A stretch of DNA of 64,000 nucleotides from Anaerolineae bacterium. Its GTDB lineage: Bacteria > Chloroflexota > Anaerolineae > CG2-30-64-16. The notes beneath the pieces are model-generated. The model did not search any database and had not been told where the DNA came from. It saw only the letters and a list, made by a program, of their open reading frames with translations. The position numbers and the translations under genes were made by a program. Positions 1 through 9,741 of the stretch are shown here, piece by piece. Where the stretch lies: assembly GCA_034434235.1 (NCBI GenBank), contig DAOTZV010000098.1, positions 8,879-72,878 on the forward strand, read 5' to 3'. Numbering within the stretch: position 1 is the stretch's first letter; the number at the start of each line of letters is the position of its first letter.

Positions 1-14
1 GATGACGGATCTAT

Positions 15-51
15 GTGCCAGGCACCCTTTCCGGTGCCTGGCACTTTTTTT
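15..51 (+). terminator. Family-A hairpin (GTGCCAGGCACC/GGTGCCTGGCAC, 12-bp stem) followed by T7 run; intrinsic terminator for an upstream off-window + strand gene
   Basis: Perfect inverted repeat 15-26/33-44, loop CTTTCC, then TTTTTTT 45-51. Confidence 0.55.
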
Positions 52-62
52 GCGCGGGGGTG

Positions 63-107
63 GGCCGTCCACGAATAGGGCCACGAATAAATCATTCGTG
101 GACGGCC
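63..107. repeat. Stem-loop: 14-bp stem GGCCGTCCACGAAT/ATTCGTGGACGGCC with 17-nt loop that itself repeats CCACGAAT; just downstream of cytochrome c stop
   Basis: Perfect reverse complement arms 63-76 and 94-107. Confidence 0.5.
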
Positions 108-114
108 GGCCAAC

Positions 115-855
115 TTACCGCAACCTGCGCAACGCGGCTCCCAGGCCGATGCCCAGGAGGGAGAGGCCGGCAACGAGCAAGGGACTGAGCGCGCCGCCGG
201 TCTTGGGCATGGTGGCCGGCGCCGGCGCTGCCGCGGCCGGCGCCGGCGCGGCGGCCGCCTTGATCGCCGCTACCTGCGTCTTCATGAAATTGGCAATCTC
301 GGCCGCCTGCGCGTCGGTCACCTGCGTCGCGCTGAAGCTCGGCATGTTCTTGGCCGGCGTGCGGAGCTGCTTCAGGACGATTTCCGTCGTCACTTCGCGG
401 TTTTGGTCCACGAAACGCGTCTTGATCATGCCCTGGCCGAAATTGCTGTGGCAGGCCTCGCAACGCTTTTGCGACCACAGTTGCTTGCCGACAGGATCTG
501 TGGCCGATACCGGCACCGAGTAAGGCGTGAAGGAGGCCGGCTTGGGCAACGTCTGCATGTAGGCCCACATGTCGGTGAGGGTGGCGTCGCTGATCTGAGC
601 GGCGCTATAAGAGGGCATGTTGGCGCGCGGGGTGCGCACCTGCTTGATCCAATCGGCCGCGGTCTTGCCGTCGCCGGCGCGCGGGCCGGCAAACTTGCCT
701 TCGCCGTTGGCGCCGTGGCAGGACTTGCAGTTGGCGGCATCCCATGCGGCTTTGCCTTTGACGGGGTCCCCTGTGCCCTGGGCGGTGACGGTGGCGGCCA
801 GCAAGAGGAGCAACAACATGGGGAGAATCGCAATCGCCAGAATTCGCCTGAACAT
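115..855 (-). CDS. Diheme c-type cytochrome, secreted, with C-terminal tripartite sorting signal (MPKTGG + hydrophobic segment + RRLR)
   Basis: Two CxxCH motifs (CKSCH, CEACH). Signal peptide MFRRILAIAILPMLLLLLLAATVTAQG. Start moved to second ATG (855) because GGAGGA lies 7 nt upstream. Ala/Pro-rich linker then MPKTGG-TM-RRLR tail. Confidence 0.8.
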   Translation of the reverse strand: MFRRILAIAILPMLLLLLLAATVTAQGTGDPVKGKAAWDAANCKSCHGANGEGKFAGPRAGDGKTAADWIKQVRTPRANMPSYSAAQISDATLTDMWAYMQTLPKPASFTPYSVPVSATDPVGKQLWSQKRCEACHSNFGQGMIKTRFVDQNREVTTEIVLKQLRTPAKNMPSFSATQVTDAQAAEIANFMKTQVAAIKAAAAPAPAAAAPAPATMPKTGGALSPLLVAGLSLLGIGLGAALRRLR

Positions 856-918
856 CTGATCATCCTCCATAATAAGGTTGATGTGTTGATGGTGTGCTGG
901 CAGCGCGCGACGCAGAGT

Positions 919-1013
919 CTCAGTAGATCACAGATTCAAGCTCAGAGGGGGTCTGTGACCCCCGACCGCCGGTCACAGACCGGCTTGGAGCAGCAAAATT
1001 GTGATCTACTGAG
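919..1013. promoter_or_regulatory. Nested palindrome in cytochrome c upstream region: outer 14-bp arms CTCAGTAGATCACA/TGTGATCTACTGAG, inner 11-bp arms GGTCTGTGACC/GGTCACAGACC
   Basis: Perfect reverse-complement arms read directly from sequence. Lies between proA stop (1082) and cytochrome c start (855). Confidence 0.4.
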
Positions 1014-1081
1014 TCTCTATCCTGACCCGTAGGGTAATCATACTGGAATCAGGGAAATCTTGTCAAATCTCTCCTCACGGT

Positions 1082-2329
<1,248 letters not shown>

Positions 2330-2348
2330 CTGGATCAGGTCGGGATGC

Positions 2349-2393
2349 GGGGGGCTGGGGGCTGGGGGCTGGGGGCTGAGGGCTGGGGGCTGG
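2349..2393. repeat. Heptanucleotide tandem repeat (GGGGCTG) x6, one variant copy, in proB-proA spacer or proA N-terminal extension
   Basis: gggggctgggggctgggggctgggggctgagggctgggggctgg read directly. Confidence 0.85.
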
Positions 2394-2462
2394 AAACTGG
2401 CAGCTGGATGCTGGGAGCTGGATGCTGGTTGGATCGGGTCGTTCATGGATCTGCGTTCCTCG

Positions 2463-3563
2463 TCATACCAGGATCATGTCGTTGCGGTGAACGGCCACCG
2501 GGCCGTGCTCGTAGCCCAGCCGTGCCTCGATCTGGTCGGAGCGGCAGCCGAGGATGCGGGCCAGGTCGGCGCTGTCGTAGCGGGCGATGCCGCGCGCCAG
2601 CAGCGTGCCGTCCGGGCCGAGGATGGCGACCGTGTCCCCGCGCTCGAACTCCCCTTCGACCGCCACGATGCCGGCCGGCAACAAACTGCCGCCGTTCTCG
2701 CGCAACGCCCGCGCCGCGCCGGCATCCACCAGCAGCCGGCCCATCGGCGTCGTGCCGCCGTAGATCCAGCGCTTGCGGTTTTCCAGCGGCGCTTCGAGGG
2801 CCGGGAAACGCGTGCCCACCGGCTCGCCGGCTGCCGCGCGCAGGATCACATCGGGGGCGTGGCCGGCCGCGATCACCACGTCCGCACCGCCGCGCCGGGC
2901 GATATCGGCCGCCTGGAGCTTGGTGGTCATGCCGCCGACCCCCAGGCCGCTCACGCTGCCGCCGGCCAGCCGATAGAGCGCCTCGTCGATGACCTGCACC
3001 TCCGGGATGAGCTGCGCGTCGGGATGGGTGCGCGGATCGGCCGTGAAGAGCCCGGGCTGGTCGGTGAGCAACAGGAGCAGGTCGGCTTCGGCCAACAGCG
3101 CCACCAGCGCCGACAGGTTGTCGTTGTCGCCCACCTTGATCTCGGCCGTGGCCACTGCGTCGTTTTCGTTGATGACCGGGATGATGCGATGCTCCAGGAG
3201 CGCGTGCAATGTATCGCGCGCGTTCAGGTAGCGCGCGCGATCGCGAAAATCGTCGCGCGTCAGGAGCATCTGGCCGATGTGGATGCCGTAGATCTCGAAC
3301 AGGCTCTCCCACGTGAGCATCAGCCGGCTCTGGCCGACCGCGGCGAGCATCTGCTTGTGGGCCACGGTTGCCGGCAGGTCGGGGTAGCCCAGGCGCTCCC
3401 GGCCGGCCGCGATCGCGCCGGAGGTGACGATGATGATCTCGCGGCCCGCGTCGTAGAGCTGCGCGCATTGCCGCACCAGCTCGACCATGCGCGCCCGGTC
3501 GAGCCGACGTGTGCCGCCGGTCAATACGCTGGTGCCGAGCTTGATGACGATCCGTTGATACAT
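2463..3563 (-). CDS. proB: Glutamate 5-kinase with C-terminal PUA domain
   Basis: Amino-acid kinase fold motifs ([24 protein letters not shown]) and PUA tail. Immediately upstream of proA on same strand. Confidence 0.85.
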   Translation of the reverse strand: MYQRIVIKLGTSVLTGGTRRLDRARMVELVRQCAQLYDAGREIIIVTSGAIAAGRERLGYPDLPATVAHKQMLAAVGQSRLMLTWESLFEIYGIHIGQMLLTRDDFRDRARYLNARDTLHALLEHRIIPVINENDAVATAEIKVGDNDNLSALVALLAEADLLLLLTDQPGLFTADPRTHPDAQLIPEVQVIDEALYRLAGGSVSGLGVGGMTTKLQAADIARRGGADVVIAAGHAPDVILRAAAGEPVGTRFPALEAPLENRKRWIYGGTTPMGRLLVDAGAARALRENGGSLLPAGIVAVEGEFERGDTVAILGPDGTLLARGIARYDSADLARILGCRSDQIEARLGYEHGPVAVHRNDMILV

Positions 3564-3575
3564 ATGGATCCGTTG

Positions 3576-3633
3576 GTAGGACGAAATTAATTTCGTCCTA
3601 CAGTGGCGTAGGGCGAAATTAATTTCGCCCTAC
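3576..3633. repeat. Family-B palindromic repeats, 2 tandem copies (GTAGGACGAAATTAATTTCGTCCTAC / GTAGGGCGAAATTAATTTCGCCCTAC)
   Basis: Each copy is a perfect 26-nt palindrome. Second copy overlaps the stop codon of the SCP2 gene. Sits between SCP2 and proB on the same strand. Confidence 0.85.
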
Positions 3634-3959
3634 AGGGTTTTGATCAGGTCTTGCAGCTTGAGGGCCAGCATCGGGTCGCCGGTGACGGTGAGCCGGCCGG
3701 AGAAGAAGAGGTTCATGCCGCTGGAGGGGTTGTTCCAGAGCTGCTCGAAGTCGGCCGCGCTGATCTTGATCGTGCAATCGGCCGTGCCCGGATTGCCCTG
3801 CTCGACCTTCGGCCCGGTTGGGGAAACGTCTACGAACCATTCACCGCCCCCCTCGCCGGTGATGATGAACTGGTATTTGACCCCAATGCGCCGCGCCACA
3901 TCAGGCTTGAGTGCGATGGCGTTGGCGAGATCGGTATTGAAGAGCTTTGCGATATCCAT
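3630..3959 (-). CDS. SCP2 sterol-binding domain protein
   Basis: 109 aa. SCP-2 like pattern (ITGEGGGEWFVD, FFSGRLTVTGD). Confidence 0.6.
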   Translation of the reverse strand: MDIAKLFNTDLANAIALKPDVARRIGVKYQFIITGEGGGEWFVDVSPTGPKVEQGNPGTADCTIKISAADFEQLWNNPSSGMNLFFSGRLTVTGDPMLALKLQDLIKTL

Positions 3960-4219
3960 GGGAAGCCTCCGCTTGAGAGAGTGAAGATGGTCGGCGCGTC
4001 GGCCGCGAGCGCCGGGCCTATTTTAGCATACGTTCGCGCGCCGGGCAAACGGGTATATTCGGCATCGGCGATTTCAATTTCAAATGTGTCGGGCGCGTTT
4101 CCGGCGCGCGGTGCGTCCAGCGGGGGCCGCCCGGCTGGCCCATGACCCGCAGCCTGCCTCAACGCGCCTCGGCCTTCGGCGGGTCCACATTTGGAATTGC
4201 TGATTCGATATCGGCGGTT

Positions 4220-4248
4220 TTGACAAGAACGGCCTTTTGGGCTACACT
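4220..4248 (+). promoter_or_regulatory. Sigma-70-like promoter TTGACA-N17-TACACT
   Basis: -35 TTGACA 4220-4225, -10 TACACT 4243-4248, 17-nt spacer. Drives riboswitch leader. Confidence 0.55.
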
Positions 4249-4254
4249 TTTCCC

Positions 4255-4350
4255 TAGATGCAAGGGGAGCCGGGGGAAGCCCGGCTGAGAGGTTGGCCGC
4301 ATCGCCAACGACCCTTTGAACCTGACGGGTAATGCCGGCGTAGGGATGCA
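4255..4350 (+). promoter_or_regulatory. TPP (THI-box) riboswitch aptamer
   Basis: Conserved THI-element strings CTGAGA, ACCCTTTGAACCTGA, GGGTAATGCCGGCGTAGGGA. Placed in 5' leader of thiamine pyrophosphokinase/thiamine ABC operon. Confidence 0.85.
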
Positions 4351-4368
4351 GGGATAATGCAAACTTAA

Positions 4369-4396
4369 GGCGATCCTGTCGGGTCGCCTTTTTTGT
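4369..4396 (+). terminator. Riboswitch expression-platform intrinsic terminator (GGCGA-loop-TCGCC + T6)
   Basis: ggcgatcctgtcgggtcgcc followed by ttttttg, 15 nt before RBS GGAGG and ATG 4412. Confidence 0.6.
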
Positions 4397-4411
4397 TGCC
4401 CGGAGGTAAGC

Positions 4412-5086
4412 ATGCGCGCTTTCGTGGTGGCCGGCAGTCCGGTTGCCCAGAAGCCGATCCGCCTGGCGCCCGGCCCGGCCGATCGGGTGATCGCGGCGGA
4501 TTACGGCGCCCATCACGTGCTGGCGTGGGGTTGGCCGCTCCATCTGCTGATCGGAGACCTGGATTCGCTGCCCGCGGCCGATCTGGAGGCGATTCGGGCC
4601 ATGGGGATTCCCATGGTCACCGCGCCGGCGGCGAAGGACGAGACCGACCTGGAGCTGGCGCTGATGCACGCGCTGGACGGCGGCGCGCGGGAGCTGGTCA
4701 TCTGCGCGGCGTTGGGCGGCCGGGCCGATCACATGCTGGCGAACGTCCTGCTGTTGGCCCGCCCCGAGCTGGCCGACGCCTCGGCTGCGATCGTCGAGGC
4801 CGGGCAAACGGTGCGCCTGTTGCGCGGGGGAGTTTCGGCCGCGGGCGAGACGGCGCACCTGACGGTGGTCGGTGCAGCGGGCGACCTGCTCACGCTGTTG
4901 CCGCTGGCCGGCGACGCGCGCGGGGTGACCACGGCCGGGCTGCTCTATCCGCTGTCCGACGAGCCGCTGCTGTTCGGCCGGGCGCGCGGGATCAGCAATG
5001 TGCTCTCTGCCAGTGTAGCGCAGATCTGGCTGCGCGAGGGTCTGCTGTTGGTGATTCACACATCTCAAGCGCTTGAAGCATCATGA
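4412..5086 (+). CDS. thiN: Thiamine pyrophosphokinase (ThiN/TPK family)
   Basis: GDLDS motif and TPK-like length (224 aa). Downstream of TPP riboswitch, upstream of thiamine ABC transporter. Confidence 0.6.
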   Translation: MRAFVVAGSPVAQKPIRLAPGPADRVIAADYGAHHVLAWGWPLHLLIGDLDSLPAADLEAIRAMGIPMVTAPAAKDETDLELALMHALDGGARELVICAALGGRADHMLANVLLLARPELADASAAIVEAGQTVRLLRGGVSAAGETAHLTVVGAAGDLLTLLPLAGDARGVTTAGLLYPLSDEPLLFGRARGISNVLSASVAQIWLREGLLLVIHTSQALEAS

Positions 5087-5103
5087 TCATATGGAGGTGA
5101 AGC

Positions 5104-6285
5104 ATGTTCCATCGAGTTGTCTTGGTCCTGTTGATGGTTGCGTTCTTGTTGACCGGTTGTACGGTGCCGCCGGCCGCGCCCACGGTTGCGCCCGCGGCCA
5201 CCGCCACGGCCGTCGTCGCGCCCACTCAGACCGCCACGGCCGCGCCGACCGCAACGTCGGCGCCGGCCACCGCCGCGCCGACCGCCACCAAGGCGCCGGC
5301 CGCCGGCCGCACGGTGACCGTCATGACGCACGATAGCTTCAGCGTCAGCCAGCCGGTCGTGGATGCGTTCCAGGCCCGCTGCGGTTGCCAGGTGCGTTTC
5401 CTCAAGTCGGGCGATGCCGGCCTTGCCCTGAACAAGGCAATCCTGGCGAAGGGCAATCCGCTCGCCGATGTGTTCTACGGCGTGGACAACAGCTTCCTCA
5501 GCCGGGCGCTGGCGGCCGACATCTTCGAGCCGTACGAGTCGCCGGCTTTGGCGGGCATCCCGGCCGAGCTGAAGCTCGACCGCAGCAATCGCCTGTTGCC
5601 GGTAGACTTCGGCTACGTGGTGCTCAACTACGATAAGAAGTACTTCGCCGACAACAACATCCCCGTGCCGCAAGACCTGCGGGACCTGACCAAACCGATC
5701 TACAGCGGCCTGGTCGTGGTGGAGAATCCCGCCACCTCTTCGCCGGGCATGGCCTTCCTGTTGACCACGGTGGCGGCCTTCGGCGAGACGGGCAGCTACA
5801 CCTATCTCGACTTCTGGCGCGACATGCGCAAGAACAAGGTCGTGGTGGCCGACGGCTGGGACGATGCCTACTACAACCAGTTCAGCGGCGGCAGCGGCCA
5901 GGGCGATCATCCGCTGGTCGTCAGCTATGCCACCAGCCCCGCGGCCGAGGTCTACTTCGCCGACCCGAAGCCGGCCGAATCGCCCACCGGCAACATCCTG
6001 CCGGCCGGACAGACCTTCCGGCAGATCGAGTTCGTCGGCATTCTGAAGGGCACGCCCAACCGTGACCTGGCGCAACAATGGGTGGACTTCATGCTCGGCG
6101 AGCAGTTCCAGGCCGATATCCCGTTGCAGATGTGGGTCTATCCGGCCCGGACGGGCACGTCGTTGCCCGAGGTCTTCGTGAAGCACGCGCAGGTGCCGGC
6201 CCAACCGGCCGCCATTACGCCGGAACAGATCGAAGCCGGCCGCGAGAACTGGTTGAAGGCCTGGACGGACGTGGTGCTGCGGTAA
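5104..6285 (+). CDS. thiB: Thiamine ABC transporter substrate-binding lipoprotein (ThiB/TbpA family)
   Basis: Lipobox LLTGC. Ala/Pro/Thr linker. ThiB/FbpA-family SBP fold. Riboswitch-regulated operon context. Confidence 0.7.
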   Translation: MFHRVVLVLLMVAFLLTGCTVPPAAPTVAPAATATAVVAPTQTATAAPTATSAPATAAPTATKAPAAGRTVTVMTHDSFSVSQPVVDAFQARCGCQVRFLKSGDAGLALNKAILAKGNPLADVFYGVDNSFLSRALAADIFEPYESPALAGIPAELKLDRSNRLLPVDFGYVVLNYDKKYFADNNIPVPQDLRDLTKPIYSGLVVVENPATSSPGMAFLLTTVAAFGETGSYTYLDFWRDMRKNKVVVADGWDDAYYNQFSGGSGQGDHPLVVSYATSPAAEVYFADPKPAESPTGNILPAGQTFRQIEFVGILKGTPNRDLAQQWVDFMLGEQFQADIPLQMWVYPARTGTSLPEVFVKHAQVPAQPAAITPEQIEAGRENWLKAWTDVVLR

Positions 6286-6301
6286 ACCCGTGGGGGGCGT
6301 T

Positions 6302-6389
6302 ACGTGCCAGGCGCTCTGCAAGGTGCCTGGCACATGGAGAAAATGAGCGACGCTTACGTGCCAGGCATCCTCTCAGGTGCCTGGCACGT
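6302..6389. repeat. Family-A hairpin repeats, 2 copies (ACGTGCCAGGCGCTCTGCAAGGTGCCTGGCACAT; ACGTGCCAGGCATCCTCTCAGGTGCCTGGCACGT)
   Basis: Each 34-nt unit is an inverted repeat CGTGCCAGGC...GCCTGGCACG. Same family at 15-44, 14133-14167, 16556-16588, 49365-49398. Confidence 0.85.
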
Positions 6390-6454
6390 TTGGCGGGCCG
6401 TTTTCAGGTTTATCCGTTGCTGCATACCAAGACGGGAAACGTCGGACGGCAAAC

Positions 6455-8113
6455 ATGAGACGCAACTTCGGCATCGTGCCCTTTTTCTTTCCGATGGCCT
6501 TCCTGGCGGTCTTCTTTTTCTACCCGCTGGCGATGGTGATCGGCAAGAGCTTTGCGGCCGAAGGCCGGCTCGACCTGGCCCCTCTGCTCGCGATCTGGCG
6601 CGAGACCTACTTCCGCCGGGCGCTCTGGTTCACCACCTGGCAGGCGACGGCCTCCACCGCGCTGACGCTGTGCCTGGGCTTGCCGGCGGCGTTCGTCTTC
6701 GCGCGCTATCGGTTTCCGGGCAAGCGCATTCTTCAGGCGCTCACCACCATCCCTTTCGTATTGCCGGCGATGGTGGTGTCGGCGGCGTTCATGGCCCTGG
6801 TGGGCCCGCGCGGCTGGCTGAACGAGCTGCTGATGGCCGCGTTCGGCCTGGGGCGGCCGCCGATCCGCCTGCAACAAACCGTCTGGCTCATCCTGATCGC
6901 GCACGCGTTTTATAACACCTCCGTCGTCATCCGCCTGGTCGGCGGGTTCTGGGCCCATCTGGATCGCAAGTTGATGGACGCCGGCCGCGTGCTCGGCGCG
7001 GGCCGGCTGCGCGTCTTCTGGGAGATCACCCTGCCGCTGCTGCTGCCGGCCATCATCGCGGCGGGGCTGCTGGTGTTTCTGTTTTGCTACACCAGCTTCG
7101 GCATCATCCTGATCCTCGGCGGCCCGTCTTTTGCCACGCTGGAGGTGGAGATCTACCGCCAGTCGGTCACGCTGTTTCGCCTGTCCGACGCGGCCGCGCT
7201 CAGCCTGGTGCAGATGGCCTTCACCTTCATCGTGATGGCCGTCTACAGCCGCGTCCAGGCGCGCGCGGCGGTGCCGCTGAACCTGCGCCCGGCCGAAGAG
7301 ACGGCGCTGCCGGCCATCACGCCGGGCCAGAAGCTCGTGGTCGCCGCGACGGTGGCGGGCCTGTTGATCTTCCTGGTGTTGCCCCTGGCCTCCCTGGCGT
7401 TCAAATCGCTGGCGCCGGCCGATCCGCTGCGCTTCTACCGGGAGCTGTTCGTCAATCGCGCCAGCTCGATCTTCTACGTGCCGCCCGGCGCGGCCATCCG
7501 CAACAGCGTGTTTTTCGCCGGCCTCACCACCGCGCTGGCGCTGGCGTTGGGCACGCTCACGGCGACCGTGCTGGCGCGCGGCCGCGGGCTGATGGCCCGG
7601 CTTCTCGACCCGGTCGTCCTGTTGCCCCTCGGCACCTCCGCGGTGACCCTGGGCTTCGGCTACATCCTGGCGTTCGGCCGGCCGCCGCTCGATCTGCGCG
7701 CGTCGCCGGTGCTCGTGCCGTTCGCCCATACGCTGGTGGCCTTTCCGTTCGTCGTGCGCACATTGCTGCCGGCGCTGCGCGGCATGAATCCGGCCTGGCG
7801 CGACTCGGCGGCCGTGTTGGGCGCGTCGCCGTGGCGGGCCTGGCGCGAAGTGGAGCTGCCGATCATCGGCCGGGCGTTGCTCGTCGCCGCGGTCTTCGCG
7901 TTCACCGTCAGCATGGGCGAATTCGGCGCCACCCTTTTGATCGCCCGGCCCGAATTCCCGACCATGCCGGTGGCCATCTTTCGGCTCCTGGGCCAACCGG
8001 GCGCGCTGAACTACGGCCAGGCGCTGGCGATGAGCACGCTCCTGATGCTGGTGTGCATGGCCGGTTTCGTCTTGATCGAGCGTTTTCGGGCCGGCGCGGT
8101 GGGAGAGTTCTGA
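6455..8113 (+). CDS. thiP: Thiamine ABC transporter permease, fused two-domain (ThiP-like)
   Basis: ~12 TM, two ABC permease EAA-loop regions. Start chosen at ATG 6455, downstream of the hairpin repeats; ORF track start 6377 lies inside repeats. Confidence 0.7.
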   Translation: MRRNFGIVPFFFPMAFLAVFFFYPLAMVIGKSFAAEGRLDLAPLLAIWRETYFRRALWFTTWQATASTALTLCLGLPAAFVFARYRFPGKRILQALTTIPFVLPAMVVSAAFMALVGPRGWLNELLMAAFGLGRPPIRLQQTVWLILIAHAFYNTSVVIRLVGGFWAHLDRKLMDAGRVLGAGRLRVFWEITLPLLLPAIIAAGLLVFLFCYTSFGIILILGGPSFATLEVEIYRQSVTLFRLSDAAALSLVQMAFTFIVMAVYSRVQARAAVPLNLRPAEETALPAITPGQKLVVAATVAGLLIFLVLPLASLAFKSLAPADPLRFYRELFVNRASSIFYVPPGAAIRNSVFFAGLTTALALALGTLTATVLARGRGLMARLLDPVVLLPLGTSAVTLGFGYILAFGRPPLDLRASPVLVPFAHTLVAFPFVVRTLLPALRGMNPAWRDSAAVLGASPWRAWREVELPIIGRALLVAAVFAFTVSMGEFGATLLIARPEFPTMPVAIFRLLGQPGALNYGQALAMSTLLMLVCMAGFVLIERFRAGAVGEF

Positions 8114-8115
8114 GC

Positions 8116-9201
8116 ATGTTGTTACAAGTCGAACACCTTTCCAAGTCCTATCCGGGCCTGCCGGTGCTCCACGACGTGAGCCTGGGGGCCGCCGATGGCG
8201 AGATCGTGTGCATCCTGGGGCCGAGCGGCTGCGGCAAATCCACCTTGCTGCGCATCGTCGCCGGGCTGGAGGTTGCCGATGCCGGCCGGGTGGTGTTCGA
8301 CGGCCAGGACATGGCGAACGTGCCGCCGCATCGCCGGCGCTTCGGGCTGATGTTCCAGGACTACGCGCTCTTTCCCCACAAGGACGTACAGGGGAACGTG
8401 GCGTTCGGCCTGCGCATGGCCGGAGTGCCGGCCGGCGAGATCCGCCGGCGCGTCCAGGAGGCGCTGGAGCTGGTCGGCCTCCAGGGCTACGAGCGCCGCC
8501 GTGTCACCGAGCTTTCGGGCGGCGAGCAGCAACGCGTGGCGCTGGCGCGCAGCCTGGCCCCGCGGCCCCGGCTGCTGATGCTCGACGAGCCGTTGGGCGC
8601 GCTCGATCGCGCGCTGCGCGAACAGTTGATGAACGACCTGCGCGGCATCCTGAAGCGGGTGGGGGTCACGTCCCTCTACGTCACGCACGACCAGGAAGAG
8701 GCGTTCGCCATCGCCGACCGGATCGTGATCATGCGCGCCCGACCGGAGATCGGCGAGGGCGGCCGCGTGGAACAGATCGGCGCGCCGCGCGAGGTGTATC
8801 GCCGGCCGGCCAGCGCCTACGTGGCCCGCTTTCTGGGCTTTCGCAACCTGATCGAGGGGACGGTGGCCGGCCAGGGGGAAGACGGCGGCGTGGTGGTGGA
8901 GACGCCGTTGGGCGCGCTGGTGGCCGCCGACGTGGCCCGGCCCTACGCGGCCGGCGAGCGCGTCACCGTGCTCATCCGACCGGAGGCCGCCAACCCATGC
9001 GCGGCCGATGAGAATGGCCCGAACCTGCTCCGCGGCCGGCTGAGCGAGCGATCGTTTCGCGGCGGCCACGAGCGCATCCAGATCGAGCACGCCAGCGGCA
9101 TTTCCCTCGTGTGCGAGATGCCGATGGTCAACCACGCGGTCCTACAGACGGGCGATACCCTGACGCTGCGCCTGGATCCGCAGGCGATCAGCCTGTTGTA
9201 G
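8116..9201 (+). CDS. thiQ: ABC transporter ATP-binding protein with C-terminal TOBE domain (ThiQ/PotA-like)
   Basis: Walker A GPSGCGKST, signature LSGGEQQRVALAR, Walker B LLMLDEPLGALD. ATG 8116 overlaps thiP stop (TGAGCATG). Confidence 0.8.
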   Translation: MLLQVEHLSKSYPGLPVLHDVSLGAADGEIVCILGPSGCGKSTLLRIVAGLEVADAGRVVFDGQDMANVPPHRRRFGLMFQDYALFPHKDVQGNVAFGLRMAGVPAGEIRRRVQEALELVGLQGYERRRVTELSGGEQQRVALARSLAPRPRLLMLDEPLGALDRALREQLMNDLRGILKRVGVTSLYVTHDQEEAFAIADRIVIMRARPEIGEGGRVEQIGAPREVYRRPASAYVARFLGFRNLIEGTVAGQGEDGGVVVETPLGALVAADVARPYAAGERVTVLIRPEAANPCAADENGPNLLRGRLSERSFRGGHERIQIEHASGISLVCEMPMVNHAVLQTGDTLTLRLDPQAISLL

Positions 9202-9335
9202 GACGCGGCGACACGAACTCTTGTTCTGGTGTTTTTGACAAAATCGTGCATCTGGGATATCCTATTAATCACGGTCCGCTGTACGGATCGCACACGCACC
9301 GATTCGAGCCGCCAAACAAGAAAGGATGCACGCCC

Positions 9336-9740
9336 ATGTACCAGAAAACGATCGTCGTCGGCCACCTCGGCCGGGACCCCGAGATGCGCTACACCCCCAG
9401 CGGCGTCCCCGTCACCAGCTTCAGCATCGCCACCACCCGCAGATGGACCAATGCCAACGGCGAACAACAAGAGAAAACGACCTGGTTCCGCGTTACCTGC
9501 TGGCGCAAGACCGCCGAGCTGGCCGCCCAGTATCTGACCAAGGGCCGATTGGTCCTGGTCGAAGGGGACATTGATGCCTCGGCCTGGATCGACAAGGAAG
9601 GGAGCCCGCGTGCCAGCCTGGAGCTGACAGCGACCGCGGTGCGCTTCCTGGGCGCGCGCGAGGGCGCTGAAGGCGCGGCGGCCGGCGCCGGCGTTCCGGT
9701 CGAGGGCGTGCCGGTTCAAGAAGAAGATATCCCCTTCTGA
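9336..9740 (+). CDS. ssb: Single-stranded DNA-binding protein
   Basis: OB-fold SSB motifs (VVGHLGRDPEMRYTPSG, TWFRVTCW) and acidic C-terminal tail ending DIPF. Confidence 0.85.
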   Translation: MYQKTIVVGHLGRDPEMRYTPSGVPVTSFSIATTRRWTNANGEQQEKTTWFRVTCWRKTAELAAQYLTKGRLVLVEGDIDASAWIDKEGSPRASLELTATAVRFLGAREGAEGAAAGAGVPVEGVPVQEEDIPF

Positions 9741-9741
9741 G

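Noticed and set aside
6410-7996. 528-aa minus-strand ORF
   Set aside because: Antisense to thiP, composition dominated by R/G/E/Q/D, no domain pattern. GC-driven spurious ORF.
7084-9201. 705-aa ORF covering the thiP 3' half and thiQ
   Set aside because: The N-terminal 344 aa are Arg/Gly/Pro-rich out-of-frame translation of thiP. The real ABC ATPase starts at ATG 8116 right after the thiP stop.
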